Notes: generated by a model not told the origin, from the letters alone. 64,000 nucleotides of DNA from Christensenellaceae bacterium (GCA_031259965.1 JAIRKT010000109.1:64-64063), one strand, 5' to 3'. Numbered from the stretch's first letter, positions 39,957 through 49,978 are shown. Numbers and translations are program-made.

Positions 39957-40853
39957 TTAAAACTTGAATATTGATAACAGCGAAATGAGCAATTCTATGA
40001 ATGCATCAGCTTCTTCTTTACTTACGTATGTTCTCTCGTTTTCGATAGCGTCTAATATGGGTAAATTATACAAATCATTGTAAAAACTCATAGGATCTTT
40101 CCAAACTTTGATGTCATGGTAATAAAAAAGAAATTTGTCATTGATGTAATAAGGAATCAATTCAGAGAAAACTTCTTTTTCTGAATAGATCGTTTCTGCA
40201 GAATATTCGCCATTATAAGTTCCCGCGCCATTTTTCTTTTCCGTGTATTTGGTTACTGACATTTTTATAACACAATGCTTTGATTGTTCAGTCATTGTGA
40301 TACATCCATAATAGCCATCATAGTCAGCGGATACCTGTGTCAACCGCGAAACAGAAATTTCGTAAGTTGTGGATGAAGATATAGCATAAGTTCTACTGAT
40401 AGCTGTTGTTAATTCTGTTGCGATTTTAGATTTAATCTTGTTGTATTCGCCTCCAATCTCAGCATTAAGTTTTGTGGATATTGTATTAGTCACGGATGTC
40501 GACATGTTATATGAAAATGTTAGAGCTTCGGTTTGAGTTATTGAATTAATAGTACCTTTTTTATATGAGGTGGGAGGAACAACTAAAAGGAGTCCAGTAT
40601 TTTTGTATATTTTATTACTCACATAAATCTTATATGTTGTAACATAATATGTATGATCAGAAATATCAGATTTTGTGCTATCATTTGATAATAAGCTATA
40701 CCCTCCGTTATATGTAGTGTTTACATTTGTATCAGCAGATGCTTTTTCAATACTGGTTTTTGTTAAAAAGACTAAGGCAACTATTTGTAAGCCAATAAAC
40801 AAAAGCACATATACAAAGACAAAAAACGACTTTGGAATAATTGAAATTTTCAT
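39957..40853 (-). CDS. secreted Ser/Thr/Tyr-rich beta-strand protein, unknown family (possible beta-pore-former-like)
   Basis: Signal peptide ending 'EKASA/DT'. The core is rich in alternating polar/hydrophobic S/T tracts, for example 'TFSYNMSTSVTNTISTKLNAEIGGEYNKIKSKIATELTTAISRTYAISSSTTYEISVS'. Confidence 0.7.
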   Translation of the reverse strand: MKISIIPKSFFVFVYVLLFIGLQIVALVFLTKTSIEKASADTNVNTTYNGGYSLLSNDSTKSDISDHTYYVTTYKIYVSNKIYKNTGLLLVVPPTSYKKGTINSITQTEALTFSYNMSTSVTNTISTKLNAEIGGEYNKIKSKIATELTTAISRTYAISSSTTYEISVSRLTQVSADYDGYYGCITMTEQSKHCVIKMSVTKYTEKKNGAGTYNGEYSAETIYSEKEVFSELIPYYINDKFLFYYHDIKVWKDPMSFYNDLYNLPILDAIENERTYVSKEEADAFIELLISLLSIFKF

Positions 40854-40883
40854 GATATAAACCTCTATATATTGAGATGATTA

Positions 40884-40912
40884 TATTATAAACTTTTAGC
40901 GAGGAAAAGTCA
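40884..40912 (-). promoter_or_regulatory. strong sigma-A type promoter of the 298-aa secreted-protein gene
   Basis: The minus strand reads TTGACT-17 nt-TATAAT, about 30 nt upstream of the ATG at 40853. Confidence 0.65.
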
Positions 40913-41309
40913 ATATGATTTCAAAAATCACTAATAATTTGCATGCAAGAGCGGATAATAATCATAAAACAAACAGACAAAACAGACAAAGTATGATATA
41001 ATAAAGGAGACGATTAACTGAAAAACTAAGCTTAACATGCAAGGGAACAATTCTGATAAAAGTTGCAAATTAATTTTTGCGCAGGTATTGCGCGGAGAAA
41101 TTTAGAACACCGAAATTTTCTTCGCGCTACTCTGTTGTAATACTGGTATTCTAGGATGATCCATGTTAAAACAAAAATTTCTTAAATATTGATAAATATT
41201 TTATTTGAGGTTTTTTTAGTTACTAAAAAGAGTTAATATCAGAACATAAAAGTTTGTTAAATTGTAACACAAAAAGTTTAATCTCGATTAAGTTATAGGT
41301 TGTTAAATA

Positions 41310-42278
41310 ATGTTTATAGAATCATTCGAAAATATTGGTCTTATGCTTTTAATGGCAATTCCAGGTTTTATAATAGCAAAACTAAAAATGATAGATTCGG
41401 AGAAATCTATTAAATTTATATCGGTTTTGCTCCTTTACGTATGTCAACCATTTGTAACATTCGATGCCTTTTTAAATACGCCATTCAACGAGAAAATATT
41501 GTTAAACATGGCCATATGTTTTTTATTGACAGCAATTTTAATTGTTTTAACAGCAATAATATCCAAAATTGTTTTAAGAGTTACATCGCAAAATAATGAC
41601 ATGGGTGGGGTGTTATCCTATGCCTCATCCTTTGGAAACATAGGTTATTTATGTGTTCCATTTTTACAAATATTAGCACCAGGAAATAGCGAAATTATGG
41701 TATATGCAAGTGCTGCAATAGTGGCATTTAACATACTAGCATGGACATTTGGCAACTATTTGATAACAAAAGATAAAAAACATGTCAGTATAAAAAACAT
41801 TATTTTAAATCCAGCAACGCTTGCATTTTTAATAGCATTACCATTCTTTTTGTTAAATTTAAATTTCACACGTGCTCATAGTTTAGCAGGCCTTCAAAAA
41901 ATAATAAGTTTAATGGGTAATTTAGTAGGTCCACTAGCTATGTTGATGGTGGGAATTTGTTTTGCAAATTTTCAAATACGAAAGTCCTTAAGTGAAAGCA
42001 AATTATTATATCCCATTTCATTAGCGCTTGTTATAAAACTTATAATAACTCCTTTACTAGCATTTGCTTTACTTAAACTGATTTCGGTGTTTTACAATAC
42101 AACAAGTATAAATTTAAACATATTGGCACTCGCATCCATGCCAGCTGCTAATAATCTGATTATGTTTTGTTCCCTAGCTAATCGTGAGACGCAAACGCCT
42201 ACGAGTTTGGTTTTGTTATCAACACTTATATCTGCAATTACAATTCCAGTATTTCTTAATCTTCTGCTTTTGTTTTAA
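41310..42278 (+). CDS. AEC (auxin efflux carrier) family transporter
   Basis: 322 aa and about 10 TM, with the N-terminus 'LLMAIPGFIIAKLKMIDSE' typical of the AEC/malate-permease-like family. Confidence 0.72.
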   Translation: MFIESFENIGLMLLMAIPGFIIAKLKMIDSEKSIKFISVLLLYVCQPFVTFDAFLNTPFNEKILLNMAICFLLTAILIVLTAIISKIVLRVTSQNNDMGGVLSYASSFGNIGYLCVPFLQILAPGNSEIMVYASAAIVAFNILAWTFGNYLITKDKKHVSIKNIILNPATLAFLIALPFFLLNLNFTRAHSLAGLQKIISLMGNLVGPLAMLMVGICFANFQIRKSLSESKLLYPISLALVIKLIITPLLAFALLKLISVFYNTTSINLNILALASMPAANNLIMFCSLANRETQTPTSLVLLSTLISAITIPVFLNLLLLF

Positions 42279-42974
42279 TGAAAGCTGATAATAAAAACAA
42301 TTCCTACAATCAATAATAACACTTGTTTTGGCTATATTCTATAAAACAACAGAGAGAGTCTTGAAAAAGATAAAGAGTAAAACAAACGTTTAACTAAGCG
42401 TCACAAATTTCGTTCTAAGTTTAAAATTTATACCAATGCCCGATATGGACGTTACTATGAGAATTAACTATTTCTGCGATGATGTGCGTGTATTCAATAT
42501 TGATTTGCATATATAATGATTTTAGTGTATAATTATGAATTGAACATAATTTAGAGCATAATACCGAGAATATAAAGAATTGCATTTAAAATTTTTAATT
42601 ATGCAGTCTATTTGTTTACAAACAAATGTTCTTTTATCAATTCTAGTTAAGTTGTAGAATGTAATTAAAACTAGTTACAACATAAATAGTTTTATAAAAG
42701 TTTTCTAGGCTAACTAATATCTGAAGTGCTTGTATTTTAGAGTCTTAATTATGAGGATATGAGACACATATTGTTTTTCTGTCATTCTCTTGATTAGGGG
42801 CGAAAAAATTGGTAATGATTGATTCGCTCAAAATCCATATAGTTGTGGAGGTAAAATCTCTGACAAATCATTTAGTTACTAAAGTTTGCTTAGAGAGAAT
42901 TGCGAAAAAAAATATTTTGGATGAAGTTACGTCTATTGTATAAACAAAACACGGAATGGATCCCGAAATCTACG

Positions 42975-43030
42975 CTTGGTAAGAGCATCTAGAACCCTCA
43001 CGCGAGAAGGTTTGCGCTCATCGAACCAAG
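42975..43030 (+). promoter_or_regulatory. structured GC-enriched element in the serS 5' leader (class unassigned)
   Basis: Nested helices CTTGGT/ACCAAG, GAGC/GCTC and AACC-CTC/GAG-GGTT with apical loop ACGC. It lies 70 nt upstream of the serS ATG. I could not find a canonical T-box 'GGTGGTACC' sequence. Confidence 0.3.
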
Positions 43031-43098
43031 AACCCCTTACATTAGGTATAGGGAGCTGTCAAGCATCGATAGTTTGATTAACATAAGGAGACGCTGAG

Positions 43099-44361
43099 AT
43101 GTTGGATTTTAGATATGTTGTTGATAATATTGAGTATGTCCAAAACAAACTCAATCTAAGGAATAGCAACATTGATTTAGAAGAGATAAAAACACTATCT
43201 AACGAGAGAAAAAACTTGATAAAGCAGACTGAATCCAGAAAGGCCGCTAAAAATAAGGTTAGTGATCAAATAGCTTTATTAAAAAAATCTGGCAAAGATG
43301 TGTCAACTATTATTAGTGATATGAAAATTTTAACAGAAGAGATAAAAACATTTGATGCGCGTCTTTTAGAAGTTGAAAACAAATTAACAGATTTAATGTA
43401 TTCAATTCCTAACATTATTGATGATCTAGTGCCATATGGACGGACATCTGATGATAATCCTGAAATTAGGCGTTGGAGTGAACCTAGAAAGTTCAGTTTT
43501 GCGCCACTACCACATTGGGAGCTGGGCGAAAAGCTAAAGATATTGTCCCCAATTGAGGCGGCAAAAATAACAGGTGCAAGATTTACAGTTTATCGTGGAT
43601 TGGGTGCAAGATTAGAGCGTGCTGTCTACAATTTTATGTTAGATACGCATGTTTCATCGGGCTATACTGAAATATTTCCGCCATACATAGTTAATAGAGA
43701 AAGTTTAATTGGGACAGGACAACTACCTAAATTTGAGGATGGGTTGTTTCATTTAGCAGATACAAACTATTATTTAATACCAACAGCAGAGGTTCCAGTG
43801 ACAAATTTACATAGAGCCGAGATATTACCTGTCGTTGATTTGCCTATTAAATATTGTGCATATACCGCTTGTTTTAGAAGTGAGGCAGGTGCTGCAGGCC
43901 GCGATACACGTGGATTGATAAGGCAGCATCAGTTCAATAAGGTAGAATTGGTTAAATTTACGAAACCAGAGGCTAGCAGTGAAGAACTCGAGTCACTAAC
44001 AAAAGACGCAGAGAGTATTCTACAAGAATTAGAATTGCCACACCGCACGGTCAAGCTTTGTTCTGGGGATGTTGGTTTTTCCAGCGCTATTACATACGAT
44101 ATTGAAGTCTTCTTGCCATCATATAACAAATATGTTGAGATAAGTAGCTGTTCAAATTTTAAAGATTACCAGGCTAGACGTGCTAATATTCGTTTTAGAG
44201 ATTTAGATGGGTCTATTAAGTTTGTACATACACTAAATGGTAGTGGTTTAGCAGTTGGACGTACTGTGGCAGCTATTCTCGAGAATTATCAAAACGATGA
44301 TGGAAGTGTAAGCGTGCCCAGAAAATTGATTAAGTATATGGATACGGATATAATAAAATAG
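43099..44361 (+). CDS. serS: seryl-tRNA synthetase
   Basis: N-terminal coiled-coil arm and class II motifs '[25 protein letters not shown]' and '[12 protein letters not shown]'. AAGGAG RBS. Confidence 0.96.
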   Translation: MLDFRYVVDNIEYVQNKLNLRNSNIDLEEIKTLSNERKNLIKQTESRKAAKNKVSDQIALLKKSGKDVSTIISDMKILTEEIKTFDARLLEVENKLTDLMYSIPNIIDDLVPYGRTSDDNPEIRRWSEPRKFSFAPLPHWELGEKLKILSPIEAAKITGARFTVYRGLGARLERAVYNFMLDTHVSSGYTEIFPPYIVNRESLIGTGQLPKFEDGLFHLADTNYYLIPTAEVPVTNLHRAEILPVVDLPIKYCAYTACFRSEAGAAGRDTRGLIRQHQFNKVELVKFTKPEASSEELESLTKDAESILQELELPHRTVKLCSGDVGFSSAITYDIEVFLPSYNKYVEISSCSNFKDYQARRANIRFRDLDGSIKFVHTLNGSGLAVGRTVAAILENYQNDDGSVSVPRKLIKYMDTDIIK

Positions 44362-44386
44362 GGTTAATCTAGACGAGGAATGCTAT

Positions 44387-45343
44387 ATGAGTAAAAAGCG
44401 CGTTATAGAAGAAAGGGTTATAGAACAAATAGAACCAACCACGCTGGGTTTGTTCTTTGGTTCCTTGTTCCGCCTTATTTTTGTATCACTAAAAATATTG
44501 TTTTTTATATTAATAAAAATATGCAAATTCTTTGGACTTTGGTTGCCTATCATATATGTTTTGTTCGGGCTAATATTACATTTTACAACAGGATTTAATC
44601 CTTTTGTGAGCGATTTTTATTCGGATTTGTATATTTCTGGTTTTTCACTTTGTTTAGTTTTTGTCATTATTTTAACAGGTCGAAATCTTTTTTTCAGACC
44701 TTTCAGAGGAGTGTCGTCAGGATTTGCTAATCCAATATGGCAGCGTGCTAGATCGAACAATTCAAATCCATTACCTCAGGATGAACTGAAAAACGAAAAT
44801 CAGCAGGAAACCACAGCAAGCAATATGCCACTTAATGGTAGCAATTATTATTTTGGCCAATCCTACGCTGAACCTTATCCCACTCAACCAATGGCAAATA
44901 ATTACCCGCAGAATCAGCAAGTGCAAAACATGCCCACACAACCAATGGCATATCCAATGAATAACCCCGGGCAACCATATTCACAAAATTTCGTACAATC
45001 TAATCAAAATTATATGAATTCTAACCCGATGTATGCTTCCCCACCTTTATATCAGCGCAGTTATAATAATCCTACTCCTAACCCAAATCAAACGCTGCAA
45101 AATTCACAGACGGCTAATTCCAGGTTAGGGCTATCCCCTTTTGCTATGGCTATTAGCAAGCCAGATGTGGCTGAGATGGAAATGCCGTTAGTGCCTAATA
45201 ATCAGGTGTCACAATCTGAGACCCCTAAGGTTTATTTTAGCAAGCGGGACACAACATTACTAGTACATGAATACAAAGATAGATTTGAAACATTTAGAAT
45301 TAAAAATGGACAACCTGTTAAGGAAAGGGTTGAATACAAATGA
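44387..45343 (+). CDS. membrane protein with Q/N/P-rich low-complexity region
   Basis: Three to four N-terminal TM segments, then 'PTQPMANNYPQNQQVQNMPTQPMAYPMNNPGQPYSQNF...'. Confidence 0.6.
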   Translation: MSKKRVIEERVIEQIEPTTLGLFFGSLFRLIFVSLKILFFILIKICKFFGLWLPIIYVLFGLILHFTTGFNPFVSDFYSDLYISGFSLCLVFVIILTGRNLFFRPFRGVSSGFANPIWQRARSNNSNPLPQDELKNENQQETTASNMPLNGSNYYFGQSYAEPYPTQPMANNYPQNQQVQNMPTQPMAYPMNNPGQPYSQNFVQSNQNYMNSNPMYASPPLYQRSYNNPTPNPNQTLQNSQTANSRLGLSPFAMAISKPDVAEMEMPLVPNNQVSQSETPKVYFSKRDTTLLVHEYKDRFETFRIKNGQPVKERVEYK

Positions 45344-46206
45344 CAAAAGATAGGAAGAAAGAAAAACTAAACCTCTCAAAAAGAGTTTGGGAAATAGATT
45401 TCATGCGAGGTCTTGCTATTTTGCTTGTAGCCTTTGATCATGCGTTATTTGATATGGCGTATTTGTTTGGAGAGGCATGGACCTCAAGCAACAACATAGG
45501 TTTAATAAAAGCACAAGACTTTGCATACAGCTTTGATGTTTCTGCATTGAAAGATTTTTGGTGGCCTTTTTTCATAATACTTTTTTTTATTGTATCAGGA
45601 ATCTCTACTTCATTTAGTCGCAATAATTTTAAACGTGGATTGAAACTAGCTATGGTTGCAGTTTTGTTGACAGTAGGTTCTGTTTTTTTAGAGGATTATG
45701 TAGGAATTAGTGGAATTACTATTTATTTTGGAGTGCTCCATTGTATTGCAGCCTCGATTTTAATTATAACATTAATAGATGCAATTCTAAATAAAATTCC
45801 GAAAATGAACAGAATACTGAAGGCTTTAATTTTTTGGGTGTTAGGAATTTTAATAGTTTTGTTTTACAATTCAAACTTTTCACCCATAGGAAGTGGAACT
45901 TTAGAATCTACTATCCAAACAGATAATTTGTTTTTAGGTATATTTATACATGTCGAAGCATTTTGGAGATTAACGGCCGACTATTTTCCACTTGTACCCT
46001 ATATTGGGTATTTTTCACTCGGCACAGCCATAGGACTTATATTATACTCAAATAAACAATCGCTAATACCCAAATTGAATGGGGCGTGGCATTTGCCTAT
46101 AACAATACCAGGAAGGCATTCTGCATTTATATATTTAGGTGTGCGAGCAATAGACATAGCAATATTGGCACTTATAACATATATAATAACGGGTTCATTT
46201 CTTTAA
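45340..46206 (+). CDS. DUF1624 (heparan-alpha-glucosaminide N-acetyltransferase-like) membrane protein
   Basis: 'RVWEIDFMRGLAILLVAFDH' signature and a polytopic topology. It overlaps the upstream gene by 4 nt. Confidence 0.65.
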   Translation: MTKDRKKEKLNLSKRVWEIDFMRGLAILLVAFDHALFDMAYLFGEAWTSSNNIGLIKAQDFAYSFDVSALKDFWWPFFIILFFIVSGISTSFSRNNFKRGLKLAMVAVLLTVGSVFLEDYVGISGITIYFGVLHCIAASILIITLIDAILNKIPKMNRILKALIFWVLGILIVLFYNSNFSPIGSGTLESTIQTDNLFLGIFIHVEAFWRLTADYFPLVPYIGYFSLGTAIGLILYSNKQSLIPKLNGAWHLPITIPGRHSAFIYLGVRAIDIAILALITYIITGSFL

Positions 46207-46213
46207 GCGAATC

Positions 46214-46552
46214 TCATTTTCCTGCATTCTCTATGATGTCTTTTATTTCTCGGTAAAGTTTACCCATAGCAAAAACAGCACGTTCCTTCTCTGCGGGGTT
46301 TAACTTAGCGTGTTTTTCAAAATCTAACAAATATCCTACTGCAGAAAAAATGTGTTCTTTAGATTGCAATTTTTGTATACGATTATAATAATTGCAAATT
46401 TCGTTAGATGATAACACTCTATAATCTAGAGAAAAGTCACGATTAATTCCTATTTCTCTCTTTAGTTGTACATCTGCATAATCATTCAAACGCATACGAC
46501 GCTTTGCAATTCGTGCTATTTTTTTGTATGATCCAAGTTCGGATTCATTCAT
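46214..46552 (-). CDS. hypothetical protein (112 aa)
   Basis: A clean ORF, helical and basic, with no family recognised. Confidence 0.5.
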   Translation of the reverse strand: MNESELGSYKKIARIAKRRMRLNDYADVQLKREIGINRDFSLDYRVLSSNEICNYYNRIQKLQSKEHIFSAVGYLLDFEKHAKLNPAEKERAVFAMGKLYREIKDIIENAGK

Positions 46553-47214
46553 AACGGCAACTCCAATAATAGTGTTTTTGCTTTGAATTTTAACATGAAT
46601 ACATGTTGTTTCAACAATCTAATCAAAAGCATGTGAATTAAATTTATAAATCAAGCAAATCTCACAAGCAACTTTTAATATTAAAACTCAAGGTTAAACT
46701 ATTTTAACATATTATTTGCTATCTATGTTATATTCGGCAAAACAAGACAAAAAAACTCAAAATTACCTTTATTATGCGGCTATTTCATCCATTTTATAGG
46801 TACGCGCGGAAATTTAAAGAATTAATCAAATAGTGGAAGTTTCCAAACTTTTGTGTAAACTTTTAAATAAGCCAATGACTTGATTTTGATTTGCTAAAAA
46901 TTTCTCTTAGTTTTTTGGGTGTCTAATTTGTAATATTTAAGGGCAGTCTCATTTTTTTCAGTTACTTCTTAAATTGCATCTTGAAAAATTATTTTGGACC
47001 TGCTTGACTACTATATGCAAATTAAAGTGGTAAACTAGGGTTTTACTCTAAAATTGGCTTATAATTAATCTCGATTTTTTCCAAAATAACAAAAATCGCA
47101 TTCTTTATTCAAAATTGCTTAAATATTTCGGTTTAAATTGATATTTTTATATTAGTATTAGCATGTTTTTTCGTCGATTTTTCAAAGCTCGAGAATTTAC
47201 GATGTACAAAGTGA

Positions 47215-47496
47215 CTAATATTTTTGCAGATCGTTACTTGTTATTGGAGGAGAACTGGGCATATTTACTAAAATAACATCGTCCCCTATTTTTACAAGGC
47301 AAACCCAAGGTATATATATGCTATCGCCTCCTACAAAAGTTTTTAGAAATCGCTTTTCACCTGGAACTATAATCCCATGGATTCTTCCTCCGCAATGCAA
47401 ACCTAAATCTACTATTTTTCCTAGTTGCTTTCCATCTGCTATATTAATTACTTCTTTATCTCGCAATTCACAAAATGTATAATCAATTCCTTGCAT
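47215..47496 (-). CDS. YlmC/YmxH family (PRC-barrel) sporulation protein
   Basis: 'CELRDKEVINIADGKQLGKIVDL...IIVPG' is the typical YlmC/YmxH sequence. Confidence 0.8.
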   Translation of the reverse strand: MQGIDYTFCELRDKEVINIADGKQLGKIVDLGLHCGGRIHGIIVPGEKRFLKTFVGGDSIYIPWVCLVKIGDDVILVNMPSSPPITSNDLQKY

Positions 47497-47661
47497 GCCT
47501 CTCCCATGATATATAATATATGCACAAATTTGTCAATTTAGAAACAAAGAATTTTCAGGTTATTACAAAGATTGGGTGATTATAATAATTCAAAATCGTA
47601 CATACAAAAAGACTAATCTAAGATTAATATCCTTTATTAATTTAAAAATTGCAAGGTATCA

Positions 47662-47695
47662 TAAAAAATGGCCTAGCAATGAATTGTTAGGCCAT
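47662..47695 (-). terminator. intrinsic terminator of the MFS transporter gene
   Basis: The minus strand reads ATGGCCTAACAA-ttca-TTGCTAGGCCAT, a 12-bp stem with one G-U pair, followed by TTTTTT. Confidence 0.85.
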
Positions 47696-47750
47696 GAGAC
47701 ATACTAAATATAGGTTATTACAATCAAAAATATTTTACGAAAATTTAAGT

Positions 47751-49319
47751 TTATTCATTGATTTGAGCAACTTCAGCGGTATCATCATCAGTTGAAGATT
47801 TAATCTTTTTGTCTTTATCTGCGCTATTGTGAGGTATGCAAAGTAATAAAATGAAACCAACGAGGAAGAATACAGCAAGACAGGCCACACCAATCTGAGG
47901 GTGTGATAAGTAAAATTCGTCTGTTAGGTACAATTTTACTCCACCTGGCACACCGATTAAAGCTGTAGTAATGCCTGCATAAATAAAGCTGCCTAAGAAA
48001 TTTGAGCTTTTATTAAATATATCATACAGACCAAAGAATTCTGTTTGCTTTTCGATGGGTGCTAATTTAGAATAATAACTTCGAGATAATGCTTGTATTC
48101 CACCTAAAAATACTCCAACACCAAAAGCTAGAACGAAGAAATCAAATATTGTACGCATGAATACCCCATATGTTACAAATCCTAGATATCCCAATACACA
48201 AACGATAATAAGCGGACGAGCACCTGTTTTATTGGCTAGTTTGCCAAAAACTATACTCATAGAGGCGGCTACAATTTGTGTCATTATGAGTGCTACTATC
48301 AAGAAGATATTTAAATCGGACGTTTCCAAACTTGGTTGTGTTATTGTGAGAACGTCCTTTGCATATGTAGCAGAGAGTGCAATTACAGTATTAACTCCAT
48401 TAACATAAAAGAAGAATGCAAACAAAAACAAGAATGGCGCTTTATATTTTTTCAGTTCTTTAAAGGTTTTCCCTAGTTTAATAAATGCATCTTTAATTTG
48501 GTGTGGCACGGGATCAACACCTGTAATTTGCTTGTAAGTTTTTAAAAGTGGTCTACTCCATATTAACCACCATGTGCCGGATAAAACTATACAAACACTT
48601 ATAGCGAGTCGCAAAAGTGCATACGCAGTATCTTCAGAGACTCCATAGGTTTCTACTGAGTAGGCAGGGTCCATAAAGAAATAATAAATAAGTAAGCAAA
48701 CAATAAATGGGACTAAACTGCCTACATAACCTACAGCGTAACCAGAAGATGAAACACGATCACTGCGAGCCGGCGTTGTAACATCGGCGAGCATTGAATC
48801 ATAGAAAAGAAGGCTGCCACCTAATCCTATGAGTATGAGCATTGCAAAAATCAAGAAAATTACGAAAAAAGCTATGTCGCTTGCAAAGAAACTCGATATG
48901 TTTGCAAACAGGGCACCATAGCAACCAAACAGCCCCATTATGATGAAAAACTTAAACAAAGATTTTTTCCTACCTCTGTTATCCGCAATTGCACCTAAAA
49001 CTGGCCCTAGGATTGCAATAATTAAACCAGAAACAGAATTAAAAATAGACATCGTGGTAGTAGGGTTTTCGCCAAAGAATGGAACATTATGTGCTAGATC
49101 TCCAATTGATACCCCTACCAAAACAAAAAACATAAAAACAGCCGAATTACCACAATCATATAAGGTCCAGTTGCGTTCGTTTTTTGTTAATTGGAAACCA
49201 GTTTTATTAAAGTGCTTATTATAAAAACCCATTATCCCTTTGGTCGCCAGGGGTTTGGCGGGTTTTTCATTTTCGTCCAAAATTTCTTCTTGAACTTCTT
49301 CTTGTGAAGAATCGACCAT
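47751..49319 (-). CDS. MFS transporter, UMF1/Atg22-like family
   Basis: 'NERNWTLYDCGNSAVF' and 'ADNRGRKK', about 12 TM, GGAGG RBS. Confidence 0.72.
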   Translation of the reverse strand: MVDSSQEEVQEEILDENEKPAKPLATKGIMGFYNKHFNKTGFQLTKNERNWTLYDCGNSAVFMFFVLVGVSIGDLAHNVPFFGENPTTTMSIFNSVSGLIIAILGPVLGAIADNRGRKKSLFKFFIIMGLFGCYGALFANISSFFASDIAFFVIFLIFAMLILIGLGGSLLFYDSMLADVTTPARSDRVSSSGYAVGYVGSLVPFIVCLLIYYFFMDPAYSVETYGVSEDTAYALLRLAISVCIVLSGTWWLIWSRPLLKTYKQITGVDPVPHQIKDAFIKLGKTFKELKKYKAPFLFLFAFFFYVNGVNTVIALSATYAKDVLTITQPSLETSDLNIFLIVALIMTQIVAASMSIVFGKLANKTGARPLIIVCVLGYLGFVTYGVFMRTIFDFFVLAFGVGVFLGGIQALSRSYYSKLAPIEKQTEFFGLYDIFNKSSNFLGSFIYAGITTALIGVPGGVKLYLTDEFYLSHPQIGVACLAVFFLVGFILLLCIPHNSADKDKKIKSSTDDDTAEVAQINE

Positions 49320-49353
49320 ATTGTGCCTCCATATAATAAAAAATTAATAGTAC

Positions 49354-49427
49354 TAAATGTTGCAAAATGTAAACATTTTTAACATAATAAGATTATCATA
49401 AATGTTGCAAAATGTAAACATTTTTAA
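49354..49427. repeat. two perfect 29-bp direct repeats, each with internal dyad symmetry (candidate operator / duplicated promoter)
   Basis: TAAATGTTGCAAAATGTAAACATTTTTAA occurs at 49354-49382 and again at 49399-49427. Each copy contains AAATGTT...AACATTT and, on the minus strand, TTTACA. Confidence 0.9.
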
Positions 49428-49847
49428 TGCAAATTTTGTGTTAATTTTTTTTATGATATTAATTCTGAATTATCTGAGAAAAAAAACAGAAAAATACCAA
49501 AAATAATATAAAAAACCTTTTAGCTAGTAATGTTAATTTGTGTTAAAAATGTAATTTTTTTTAGAGTCATTATATAGAAGATGTTAAATTCATAAAAAGA
49601 AATGATATTTTTGAATGCAATAATGCATAAGCGAACAAAAAAGAAATTATATTTTTACTTGTATTATTTAAAACAGTACGAGGTACGATTTTGAATTAAA
49701 GTTTTATGTGCGAAAACAATTTATTAACTACAAGAATCAATCAACAAATGGAGAATAAAAATAAAAAACTTTAGGTGATGATTTTCGATACACGTAATTT
49801 TTATTTTTTGTTTACTTATGAGTTGGAATAAAAAAAGTGTTGTATCG

Positions 49848-49876
49848 TTGCATTTTATGACTTATTATTGTATACT
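49848..49876 (+). promoter_or_regulatory. sigma-A type promoter upstream of the hybrid histidine kinase
   Basis: TTGCAT-17 nt-TATACT. Confidence 0.5.
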
Positions 49877-49978
49877 TATTAATAGGACTTAAAACCTTGT
49901 TAAGGAAGTTAACTTAAAGATTTGGAGTTTTGTTCGCCTAAATATGGTGATCATGCTGATATTTTGTAGGTAGGTACC

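Noticed and set aside
41090-41127. Imperfect hairpin GCGCGGAGAAATTT...AAATTTTCTTCGCGC in the spacer before the AEC transporter gene.
   Set aside because: No U-run follows on either strand, it is not positioned relative to any promoter or RBS, and I could not assign a function.
42780-43098. Canonical Ser T-box riboswitch upstream of serS.
   Set aside because: I could not locate the conserved T-box 14-mer or a terminator/antiterminator pair by eye. I kept it only as an unassigned structured leader, and a covariance-model search is needed.
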